Positions 50,899 to 64,000 of a stretch of 64,000 nucleotides of DNA are shown here, in pieces; position 1 is the stretch's first letter, and every line of letters starts with the position of its first letter. The notes under the pieces are model-generated. The model was not told the DNA's origin. It made no database searches and saw only the letters and a list, made by a program, of their open reading frames with translations. Origin of the DNA: Hypanus sabinus (Eukaryota); assembly GCF_030144855.1 (NCBI RefSeq), contig NC_082728.1, positions 32,860,001-32,924,000 of the forward strand, read 5' to 3'. Made by a program: the position numbers and the translations under genes.

Positions 50899-53587
50899 AA
50901 ACTATAATGTGTTGCATTTATGAAATCGATGAACTCCTGCAGAGAAAACGAATTACATTTCTGCATGCAACAAAAACATTTTGAACTCCGAAAAAAAGAC
51001 GGGTTGAAGTTTACTTTTAAGTAAAATAATCAATGTCTATTTGAGTCCTTCTTGTATTTATGAAAAACACTGAACCTACATTGTCCACCAGCAGCAAACC
51101 AAAAATAACGACAGCCAGCTGTCAACCTGAAAAATAAAAGGACTATTTCACTGAACAATGAAAAAATATGAATATATGTAAAATAATAGGCAATTAAAAT
51201 ATTTATCATACTTGGTTAATGGGATTTCTGCTCCTGAACCTCAGCGCACAGCGTCTGCACATCAGGGCTGTATGACGTCACCTTCATCTTTACACAGGAT
51301 CGCAAGCTGTCATCTGTGAGGCATGCGCGATGTTTGTTTTTAATACAGTTCATGTTGGAGAACACCTGCTCATACACATATGTTGATCCAAAGATCGACA
51401 GGACGCCAAGCGCATACTTTTTAATGTTTACATAAATGTCGGGGATAGCATTCCATGTTTCGAACACAAGTTTGTCCGGTTTGTGGAGGTTTTCAATATC
51501 ACTCCATTTGTGATTCTGAGCAAGAACGGCCTTCTGACGGGCAACATCTTCAAGGTCTGCTGTCAAGCGTCTAAACTTGGACACCCATATGACTTTGAAG
51601 GCTATGTCGGCCAGTTCCATCTCAAGATCAGGTTGACTCACACCTGCCAATGCAGTCGTATTCAGTGGGATGGATTGATGCTTAGGGGAGTGACCGGGAA
51701 GGATAATGTGCTTTTTACCTCTCTGAACTCACAGAAGCATTTCCCAAATGATGTTTGCATTGCGATGATTGCAGAATGTAAATACCCCGAATTTATCATG
51801 TCGTGAGCTTGTTTGAACTCTCTCAAATTGGGGAAGTGAGACAATGTGCCTTTCTGTAAATCTCTGGCAAGCACTGTCAACTTGTGCTGGAATGCCAAAA
51901 CATCCTCCAACATGTGCAGGGCTGTGCATCCTTTCCCCTGAAGAGCTGTGTTCAGTGTGTTCAGGTGCGCTGTCATGTCTACCATGAAGTGTAGCTTTTA
52001 CAGGCACCTCTGGCTGTTCCAGCTCAGGAAAGGTGAGACCTTTACTGCCCAGGAAAGTTTTCACTTCTTCCAGACACACGACAAAGCGTTTCAGCACCTC
52101 CCCTCTTGACAGCCACCGGATTTTGTTGTGCAGCAGGAGATCAGAATATGCGCTTTCCAGCTCGTCCAGTAACAAACGGAATTGACGGTGATTTAAACTT
52201 CTTGCCATTATTTTATTGACAATCTGAATGACAAGATCCATTACTTCCGTGCATTCCGTAGGAAATGTTTGAGCGCACAGTGCCTCTTGGTGCAAGATGC
52301 AGTGAAAAGTCAGCAGCTTTCTGTCCAGCGACTTCTGCAGTAAAGCCACAAATCCCTTGTGCGCTCCTGTCATACTTGGTGCCCCATCAGTAGCTACTGA
52401 CACCAGGTGGGTGGTCTTTATTACTTTGGCTCTTAAACAATTCAAGACAGCCTCACAGATGTCCTCCCCCCGTGTCTGGCCTTTTAGAGGTATCAACTCA
52501 ATCATTTCTTCCTGTGGCCCGGCAGAGTTTACATACCAGTGGAACAGCGCTAATTGTTCAATATCACCTTTGTCTTTAGACTCGTTACAGGCAACCGAGT
52601 AGGCCACAGCTGAATTGATGTCTTTAATTTACTGTCTTCTGATGTCTTCTGCCATTTTTATGGTTCTGTCTTTGACAGTCTTTGCAGAGAGGGGCATATC
52701 CCTGATTTTCTGCACTATTTCACTTTTGTTTTTAAAGTCCGTGAATAGATGTTCTGAAATCTTAATGTAAGATTCTTTTATATATTCACCGTCTGTAAAC
52801 TGCTTCCCGTGCCTGACTATTTCCTGAGCGGCAACAAAACTAGCATATGTCATTGATTTTCCAGACATCATCCACTTCTTGAAATGATTTTTGCTCTGAT
52901 CAACCTTCCGCATCAGTTCCGAAACGGTTTTTCTTCTCTCATCTCCATCCGGATATTTTTGAGCAAAGGCTGCGTGTTTATTCTGGAAATGTCTTGCGAC
53001 TTTTGACTTTTTGTTGTTTGCTAGTTTCTCATTGCATATTAAGCATACCGGTAAACCAGTCTCGTCAGCAGTGAAAGCAAATGAATCTGCCCACGTATCA
53101 TTAAATGTTCTGTTTTCTTCAGTCACTTTTCTTTTTTTTTAAGAATTCTCCATAGTTAGCCTACCTTGGATCGAAAAATTAAAGAAATCATGCACTGGCG
53201 GGTGTCAGGCATTGGCCGTGGTGACGTATATTAATAGCGACAAAAAACACGTTTTATTTAGATTGTACAAGATCACCATAATCTTCATATTTAGAATTAC
53301 ATTTCAAAAACTAACAAACAAACATAAAATACATTTTAATTAAATACTCATCATTTATTTTCCAAAGCCATAGGGAGCCGCAGCACAGAGATGAAAGAAT
53401 CGGATGCGGCTCCGGAGCCGCGGGTTGCCGACCCCTGGTTTATACATAGCATAAAGGCAAAAAAAAACGTTGTATGCAGTGTTATTTCATTTTAAATGTC
53501 AAACGGGTTTTGTGGCTCCCTGTGTTTTCTTTTCTGTGAGAGACGGGTCCAAATGGCTCTTTCAGTGGTAAAGGTTGCCAACCCCTG
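50899..53587 (-). mobile_element. hAT Buster/SPIN-type (GTF2IRD2-like) transposon inserted in ERV integrase, internally inverted
   Basis: Transposase fragments 53126->51216 (BED-like CLIC...RHFQNKH, ATDGAPSM, HCILHQE, RWLSRG, FGSTYVYEQVFS); 8-bp flanks gcttaaac/gcttagac; TIR-type sequences end at 53437 and 53587. Confidence 0.92.
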
Positions 53588-53850
53588 GCTTAGACAATGG
53601 TTCAGCTTTTATCCAGAAAGTGGTCAAACTGGTACTACAGGCGCTGAGGACAAAGCAAAGATTTGGATGTGTATACCACCCTCAGTCGCAGGGCATGGTA
53701 GAGAGAATTAATGGAACCCTGAAAGCCAAACTAAACAAAATTTGTGCAGACACTAAACTTAATTGGGTCGATGCTTTAGCGTTAGCATTGATGAGTTACC
53801 ACATGCAAACTAATCGAATGACATGCCTGACACCGCATGAGATTGCTGCA
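53588..53850 (+). pseudogene. ERV integrase core, C-half
   Basis: DNGSAF...HPQSQGMVERINGTLK; continues FGIPTEVS from before the hAT insertion. Confidence 0.9.
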
Positions 53851-54435
53851 GGCTGGAAAGCTGTCATACCTGTGATAGGGGTAAGCAAAAATGTTTAATG
53901 GATAAACTACATATACTATAATCAACAGAGATTCATCAACTACACCGATGATGCACTGGAGGCCTTAGGGCAACAGCTAGATGCAACTAGCAGGATGGCG
54001 TGGCAAAACAGACAGGTACTGGATTGGCTTTTGGCAGGAAAAGGGTGTGTGTGTGTAATGTTTGGAGAACAATGCTGCACTTTCATACCGAACAATACTA
54101 GCCCAGAAAGGTCTTTCACCAGAGCAATGAATAAATTAAAGAATCTGCGGACCGAGGTCAAACAGAATGCAGGGTTCGGACATCAGTTTTTTGATTGGTT
54201 AGAAAGTAGACTCAGAGGATGGGGAGCATGGCTGACTAAAATGGCAATAACTGTCAGTATTGTAATGTTGAGCTGTGCGTTTGTGCTGTGCTGTTTTCTT
54301 CCTTGTCTCAAATCTCTTATAGTGCGTGCTGCAACCAAACAATTTCTGATGCTCGTGGCAATTACCGAAGCAAGCTTAGTGAAGAAAGAAACACCGAAAA
54401 TGTTATCGTTACAGCCTAAAACACCTGCAGGATGA
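53851..54435 (+). pseudogene. env: ERV env TM remnant (SU deleted)
   Basis: WINYIYYNQQRF; ISD-like QNRQVLDWLLAGKG; CX6CC (CVMFGEQCC); membrane anchor MAITVSIVMLSCAFVLCCFL. Confidence 0.9.
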
Positions 54436-54699
54436 ACAAGAGCAAAACGACAGTGTGGGAGTAGATTGTAAGGGCTTATGAGTCTTTTTCCCTGTCTCAG
54501 GTACAAAGGGACAGGTTTTTTTGGCTCAGCGGCCCAGGGTAACAGGGAGAGAATACTTTTGAGGACTTGGCGCAGAAAATTATAGTTTAACCTGAGATTT
54601 GGGAATAAATGTTTGAGTTTATTGAGGCTTTTGTGCGCGGACTCTTAGCCTTCTTTCTCTGTGTGAGACCCTCTGGGTTTCAAAGGGCGTTTATATATA

Positions 54700-55163
54700 T
54701 TTTGGAATATAAAAATATTATGGAGTATAAAACTTGTATCATTTGCTGTGTAACTAGTCAGTTTGCTATGTATGTACTCAATTTAGTAGAATGAAATCTT
54801 AAGAATGTAGAAGACAAATGGTGTGTTAATATATGGTAATGAGAGGTAGCAGGGAGATGTAGTCAGCTTTGAAACTTGCTATTTGCTATGCATGTACCCA
54901 ATTTAGCAAGAGAACGAAATCTGAGGAATGTAAAAGACAATGGTGTGTTAATGGAAGGTAGCTAAAGAGATGTAGATTAGAACTGTACATGTGGTACATG
55001 TGAAACTAGACCAGGATTTTGCTATAAAAAATGTCGCGTCCGAGGATCGGTGGGCAATCAGCGACTAGTTCAATGACTGCCTCAGCTTTGATTTGCAAAT
55101 TAAAGTTCAACCAAGAATCTGCTGCGTCTCCTGGTCATTTGTGAGGCACGAAAAACCATGACA
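54700..55163 (+). repeat. ERV 3' LTR (about 464 bp, with about 115-bp U3 duplication)
   Basis: Homologous to 44091-44439; ends catgaCA followed by TSD gtag; start degenerate. Confidence 0.88.
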
Positions 55164-57388
<2,225 letters not shown>

Positions 57389-57390
57389 TC

Positions 57391-57404
57391 TGGCTAGTTC
57401 GTTC
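57391..57404 (-). other. Non-tRNA (self-priming) primer-binding site of the Gypsy element
   Basis: GAACGAACTAGCCA directly after the 5' LTR, no TGG start; complementary to LTR-internal GCTAGTTTGTT (57615-57605). Confidence 0.75.
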
Positions 57405-57768
57405 TGTTACACGGGGGCAACAGAGGAGAACCCAAGTGCAGGACACTGGCACGTCAACTCATTTGGGGAGGCTGGTGTAGACCTGAACATAGAGCAGGAA
57501 ACCAGAGGAATCTTGACAAGGAGACGGGATTCACATGGACTCTCTAGAAACTAGAGCAGAACTTAGAACTACTGGTTCTAATCAGAACAAGGAAGAAAGT
57601 ATCCAACAAACTAGCAACCTGTGATAGAGTCGTCCTTGTATTTATTTACCAGTCTCTGTTGAAAGCCAGGTGTACGATTATTGGGTAACTAGCAGCAATT
57701 GACTGAAATTGGGGCATGATCAGGGAGAAAGAAATGTTAAGAGGGAACTGCCAACCAGAACCATTACA
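57405..57768 (-). repeat. Gypsy 5' LTR (364 bp)
   Basis: Direct repeat of 41815-42188; TATA-like AATAAATAC at 57646-57638 on minus. Confidence 0.93.
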
Positions 57769-59600
57769 GCATATAAGGTGAAGGAGAATCCTAAGGGTGT
57801 CTATAGATATATTAAGAGCAAAAGGATCGCAAGGAACAACATTGGACTTCTGGAAGATCAGAGTGGTAATCTATGTATGGAGCTGAATGAGATGGGGGAG
57901 AATGTAAATGGAGTTTTTGCGTCTGTATTTACTCAGGAGAGGGTTACAAGGTCTATATAAGTTCATCAATGCAGCTGCGAGGCTATGCACTCTTTACAGA
58001 TAACAGAGGAGGAGGTGTCATGAGGCAAATTTAGGTGGATGAGTTCCCAGGGCCTGACAAGGGAGGCCAGTGCAGAAACTGCAAGGGCCCTAGCTGAGAC
58101 ATTTAAACATCCTTAGTCTCAGGTGAGGGGCCATAGGATTGGATAATAGCTGATATTATTCTGTTGTTTAAGAAAATCTCTAAGAATAAGATAGGAAATT
58201 GGAGGCTGGCGAACCTTATGTCAGTAGTAGGAAAGTTATTGGAAGGTATTCTGAGGGATACCCTCAATATAACTATTTGGATAGACAAGGACCAATTAGG
58301 GATAGTCAGCATGGCTTTGTGCATGGCAGGTCATGTCTAACCAATCTTACTTAAAGAGTTTTTTTGAGGAAGTTACCAGGAAAGTTGATGAAGGCAAAGC
58401 AGTGGATGTTGGCTGCATGGACTTTAGCAAACCCTTTGACAAGGTCCTACATGGGAGGTTGGTCAAGAAGCTTGAATCACTTGCCATTCAACATGAGGCA
58501 GTAAATTGGATTCAACATTGTCTTTGCAGGAGAAGTCAGAGAGAGGTGGTAGATGGTTGCCTCTCCGACTCGAGGCCTGTGACCAGTGGACTGCCTTTGG
58601 GACTGGTGCTGGGTCCTTTGTTTGTCATCTATATCAATGAACTGAATGATACTGTGGCAAATTGGATCATAAAATTTATGGTGGCACCAAAATTGCAGGT
58701 GTAGTGGAAAGCAAGGAATACTATCAAAGTTTGGAGTGGGACCAGGACCAGCTGGAAAAGTGAGTTGCAAAATGGCAGATGGAATTTAATGCAGACAAGT
58801 GTGAGGTGTTGCACTTTGGGAAGTTCAAGCAGTGTTGGTCTTACACAGTGAGTGGCAGGACAGTGAGGAGTATAATAAAGCAGTGAGATTTGGGAATACA
58901 GTTTCATAATTCCTTGAATTCCTTTTCAAAGGTTGATAAGGTCATAAATAAACATTTTGGAATGTTGCCCTTCATAAATCAACATAGTAGTGCAGGAGTT
59001 GGGATGTAATGTTGAAATTGTATAAGATGTTGGTGACACCTAATTTGGTGTAATGTGTTTTGATGTGGTCACCTACCCAAAGGAAATCTGCAAACAAGAT
59101 TGAAAGAGTACAGAGAAGATTTACATAGATGTTGAGGGGACATGAGGACCTGAGTTATATGGAAAGGTTGAATAGGTTAGGATGATATTCCTTAGAACAC
59201 AGAAGGTTGAGAGGAGATTTGATAGAGGTGTACAAAATTATGAGGTGTATCGCTGGGGGAAATGCAAGCAGGCTTTTTCAGCTGAGGTTGGGTGAGATGG
59301 GAACTAAAGAACATGGGCTAAGGGTGAAAGGTGAAATGTTTAAACGGAACATGAGAGGGAGCTGCTTCACTCAGAGGGTGGTGAGATTGTGGAGTGAGCT
59401 GCCAGTGCAAGTGATGGATGGGGAGTTGATTACACCATTTTACATAAATTTGGATAAGTACATGAATGAAAGGGGTATGGAGGACTGTTGGTCAACGGGA
59501 CTAGGGAGACTGATGCTTCAGCATGGACTAGATGGGCCGAAGGGCCTGTTTCTGTGCTGTAGTGTTTTTTGTCTCTATGCTCCATGTAGATCACAGAAAA
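57769..59600 (+). mobile_element. CR1 LINE, 3' part (RT to tail)
   Basis: KVKENPKG...; KPFDKVLHG...PLGLVLGP; RGDLIEVYKIM. Confidence 0.9.
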
Positions 59601-62600
59601 TGAAATGCATCAGTCAAGGCTGTGTTGTGGAAGACGTTGGGATGTCATAAATTCATCTGTGATCTTACTGACTAAGGGCGCACACTGGAGGGACATCTGG
59701 CCAGTTATTTTCTGTAAGCTTTTCCCGTGTTCGCGCTAGTTCATGTGTTTGTTAGTGAGGACTCCTAAAAGGAGATCAAAAATTCATTTAAAAATAATTT
59801 TTAAAAAATAGTTCAAGTTTCAAAATAAATTTATTATGAAATTACTTTATGTCGCCATATACTGCCTTGAGATTCATTTTCTTGAAGGCATTTACTTTAA
59901 AACATAAACTGCTGTATAATAGAATCAATGAAAAACTACACATAAAGATTTACAAACAATGAATGTACAAAAGAAGACAAATGGCAAAAATAAAATCAGA
60001 TATAGTGAATAAATAATACTGAGAACAGGAATTGGAGAGTTCTTGAAAGTGTGCCCATAGGTTGAGAGAGGTCATCCACACAGATTCAGGAGCCTGATGG
60101 TTGTCGGGTAATCACTATTCCTGAACCTGTTGCTGCTGGACCTATAGCTCTTGTACCTCCTTCCCATTGTCAACATAAAGAAGTGAGCATAGGCTGGACG
60201 GTGCAGATGATTAATGTTGATTGTGGCTTTTTTGTGGCAGTGCTACTTGTCGATGTGCTCAGTGGTGGGGAGAGCTTAGCCTGTGATGGATTAAGTTGTA
60301 TCCAACACTTTTTGCAGACTTCTCCATTCTTGTAAGTGATCTTATCATCCTTGTTTCTTTGTCAATAGGGTCTGAGATAATATCAGCACCCAGGATGAAA
60401 AGCCAAATGTGACATTTGCACCACATAACCTCCCGCAGAGATCCTTTCAATAATTCCAAGTGCTCTACTGTCAACACTGATCAGAACATCAGAGATTTAA
60501 GACATAGCAAGTGTTGGAATCTTAAGCAAAAACACACCTCTGAAGGAAGTCAGTGAGTGAAGCTGCTTGACCCCATGAGTTCATCGGCAGATTATATTCT
60601 GATCAGCACCTCGTCTGGATCAATCACTGGAGAGATGACGATCAAAGCAGGTCAAAGAACAGAGGGCTTATTATTTTCTGTAAAGCTGGTAAATTTTTGA
60701 GAGCAGTAATTGGGAACAGATGTACTCTGGGAAATTTATATTGGAAATATGGAGCTTGCTTAGGTAGTATTTGCATGGGGTTCTGGATTAGTTCTCTTGT
60801 TGAGACAGGGAAAGATTGGAAGGGAGAAGGAACTATAATTGACATGAGAGGTGGAGCACCTAGTCAAGAATTTTAGCAAGGAACAATCAGATTTGGACAC
60901 TCTTTATTTGGACAAGAGACTTGAGAGTTGCAAGGTAGCAAGAAAAAAAAACATAATAAACATAAGAGAGTTAAAAAGGGATGTGATAAAGCTTTGATGA
61001 ATAGGATTAAGAAAAACCCCAAGGCTTCTACACATATATGAAGAACAGGAAGGTGAATACTTTGTTATAGGTCTTCAGAGATCTGTAGCTCCTCCCTGAT
61101 GTTCATGAGGAGAAAATGACATGCCCTGATAGTGAATGATGGATGCCTAGTTCTTAAATAACCGCCTTTTGAAGATGTCCTTGATAGCTGGGAGGGTTGT
61201 GCCTCTATCTGGAAATTTATTCAAGAGGGAGCAGTGTACATGAGAACAGTTTCTGTGGTGCCACAGAGAACAAGTGGCAGCTGTGAAAAGAGAGAATGAA
61301 CAGCCGAAATACCTAACCACAAACCACAGCTACCATTTATTTTTGCCCACATTGCACCAGAATATGTGGTTCCTTTATCAGCCTCTACAGCCATCTGAGG
61401 ACCCAACAATAGGCAACCCCTTAGAGAACATCATATTCAACTCAAGTGATTGCACTACTACTATGGCTATTGATGACAATAAACTCAACTTTGACTTGAC
61501 TTTAGTGTAGGTAACAGGAGACAAATGATTGGAAATAAATTAGATTTGGACCCCCTTTATCCATAGATTTAAAACAAATTGAGAATGTGTTACCTGTAGT
61601 TTTTGATGGGAATAAATGGAGAACTTATTGCTAAATTCTTTACCAGCATGTCAAATGTTTGACCTGTTTACTTGTTATACATTCTATGTTTTTTCTGTTT
61701 TTAGTGTTTGTAGATTTACTTTCAGATCAGTTTCATTCAACAATATCTGCCATTCCTTTCTGAAATTGTGAACATATATATGCTTAAGATACTACTGCTA
61801 AAAAAGTCTAGGCACTTAGCTTATGGAAATTCCATCCTTCTTTCCATAGATGTGATCTGATGTATCCTCTAATACTCCTCTAACACTCCTCTAATAAATT
61901 CATGTAATGCTGGTTACAAAATATTGCTATCATTCTCTGAGTGGGTATGAATATCAAAATGAATTTACTGATAGTCATTTCTATTGATCGTAAATACAGA
62001 TTGCAAGTACAAGTTCAGTTTTGCCACATGGCGAATAAAAACGCTTATCGAAAAGGCATAACATTTTCGAGTTTTACTCCACTTCATGGAACAACAGAAC
62101 TTCAGACAAAATATGTTAATTTCTTTGAAATCCACTAATGTTAGGAAAATTATTATTTAACAATAGTCAATGCATACATAAGCAAACTATCACTACAGAA
62201 ATGAACAGATTAAATAACTTAAAAATGAGTTTTGTTTTCATGACATTTTGAACCAGATTGTTCATAGCCTTTCATCACATTTAATTCTGCATGTTGCAGA
62301 TCAAATGTTAACTGCATCATTACCTTCACCTCCTTTGCCATGCCTGCTTCTGGTCTGCTTAAACCACGTGTTGAAATTTCCAACTTTATTACTTTTACAC
62401 TGAGTTTCTTGGTTGATATTCCTAATGCCACCTAATAGGCAAACATGTCTTTGTCTCAAATACTGCCAACATATTTTAAAATCTCTACTCAGTCTGGACT
62501 TAATTAAATTCTATAAATCCTTCAGTACAATGACCTTTTAAGATTCTCCAATTCCAGATTATTACACACACCACTTTTAATTGCCTCAGTAGTTCTTGAA

Positions 62601-62790
62601 TTCCCTCCTTTAACATCTTTCCTTTTTTGTCTTCATGAAAAGTCTGTTGCAAACCTGCATATTTGCAAAACATTTTAGTCTGCTGCTGTAAAATGTTTTT
62701 GTATGTAAGGGTGTTAATTTTTGTTGTGGGGGAAGTTAGAGTCACTTAAATATGTTAAAAGATGAAGATAGTTAAAAGTAACAGAGTCAA

Positions 62791-62961
62791 ATGCTGGACA
62801 AACTCAGCAAGTCAGGCAGCATCTATGGAGGGAAATAAACTGTTGATGTTTCAATTTAAAAGACACTTTATCAGGAGTCCTGATGAACAGTCTTTGCCCA
62901 AAATGTTGACTATTTATGTCCCTCTATAGATGCTGCTTGACTTGCTGAGTTCCTCCAGCAT
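62791..62961. repeat. About 170-bp imperfect hairpin formed by two inverted Penelope-terminal/hammerhead repeats
   Basis: Arms 62791-62876 and 62878-62961 around the centre tcagga-g-tcctga. Confidence 0.8.
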
Positions 62962-63234
62962 ATTATGCATGTTGCTCAAAATTTCCACCATCTGAAGTAT
63001 CTCTTGTGTCTATACTATACTGTGCATCTTATTGAATGGCGGAACAGGCTCGATGGGCCAGATGGCCTACTCCTGCTCCTATTTCTTATGTTCCTATGTC
63101 CTTATGACACAGTGGTCACTCCTGGACCATTTTGGGACTCTGTGGTTAGATTATTAATATTCTGTGTGTTATTTGCTTGTTTTTTTGCTGTTTGCGTAAT
63201 TTGTTGTTTCTTTGGAAGTTAAGAATAGGGACTT

Positions 63235-63960
63235 CGTACATAAGAGCATAAGAAATAGGAGCAGGAGTAGTCCATCTGGTCCAATGAGCCATGATTCAAT
63301 GGCTCCACCATTAAATCAGATGATGGCTGATCTGGCTGTGGACTCAGATTTCCCACATAACCATTAATTCCCCTGCTATGCAAACATCTAGCTAACTCTG
63401 TCTTAAGTATATTTAATAAGGTAATTTCTGCTGCTTCCCTGGGCAGGGAATCCACAGAATCACAACTCTCAGGTAAAGCAGTTTTTCCTCATCTCTGTCC
63501 TAAGTCTATTCCCCTAAATCTTGAGCCTATGTCTCCTAGTTCTAGTCTCACTTACTTCTATCCTAACACTATCCATTTCATACCTACATGTTTCTATCAG
63601 GCCCTCTCTCATTCTTCTGAATTCCAGCAAATGTAGTCCCAAACAACTCAATTTCTCCACACTGGCTAACCCCTTTATCTCCGGAACAAAGCTTGTGAAA
63701 CTTCTCTTCACCGGCTCCAAAGTCAGTACACCTTTCTTCATAGAAGGTCAGAACTGCACACAGTACTCCAAGTGCGGCCTCACCAGAACACTGTATGTTT
63801 GCAGCGTAAACTCACTGCTCTTAAATTTAGTCCCTCTAGCACTGAATGCCAACATTCCATTTGACTTCTTGAAACCTGTTGCTCCTGCAAACAAACTTTT
63901 TGTGATTCATTCACAAGCACACCCAAGTCCCTCTGCACAACAGAATTGGAAAACCTTTTA
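63235..63960 (-). mobile_element. CR1 LINE 3' fragment
   Basis: ORF 63514-63741 (LEFRRMREGLIETC); cataaga tail. Confidence 0.85.
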
Positions 63961-64000
63961 GCATTTAAATAATAATCTAATTATATTCATGGATTCATAG

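Larger units (their letters stand above)
44091..55163 (+). mobile_element. Class I (epsilon/gamma-like) endogenous retrovirus provirus
   Basis: 4-bp TSD gtag (44087-44090 and 55164-55167) whose removal restores the Gypsy RH frame ([13 protein letters not shown]); paired LTRs; PBS; gag-pro-pol-env order. Confidence 0.95.

Noticed and set aside
62219-62745. Faint Tigger/pogo helix-turn-helix resemblance (DLQHAELNVMKGYE)
   Set aside because: Similarity too weak; no TIRs or DDE motif seen
59640-64000. Search for a third B7-like paralog or its 3' exons
   Set aside because: No Ig, TM or tail exon with consistent splice phase found by eye; a TBLASTN with genes A and B would settle it

Overview
Vertebrate genomic DNA. 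The repeat landscape (CR1 LINEs with an SGNH-esterase ORF1, GIY-YIG Penelope-like elements, L1- and Rex/Babar-like fragments) suggests a cartilaginous fish, probably a ray; this is inference. Two tandem minus-strand paralogous B7-family-like type I membrane genes were reconstructed by hand from GT-AG splice sites and exon phases. Gene A spans 18126->10965 (6 coding exons, 298 aa) and gene B spans 33845->27324 (5 coding exons, 278 aa). Both have an atypical IgV domain that lacks the core Trp and the F-strand Cys but carries an extra A-strand Cys. Their IgC domains and cytoplasmic tails diverge (PDZ-type TQV* versus YxxF...YxxI*), and ISRE/IRF motifs lie in their CpG-rich upstream regions. From about 41.2 to 59.6 kb there is a four-level nest: a CR1 LINE holds a self-priming Tf1/sushi-type chromovirus (41815-57768), which holds an epsilon-like ERV (44091-55163; tRNA-Arg PBS, gag-UAG-pro readthrough, 2H-phosphoesterase-like domain between PR and RT), which holds a Buster/SPIN-type hAT element (50899-53587) that has inverted internally. 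Penelope-derived repeats carry minimal hammerhead ribozyme motifs. All transposon and viral ORFs are frameshifted or interrupted. No database searches were run; identity figures are by-eye estimates and repeat boundaries without TSD/LTR support are approximate.
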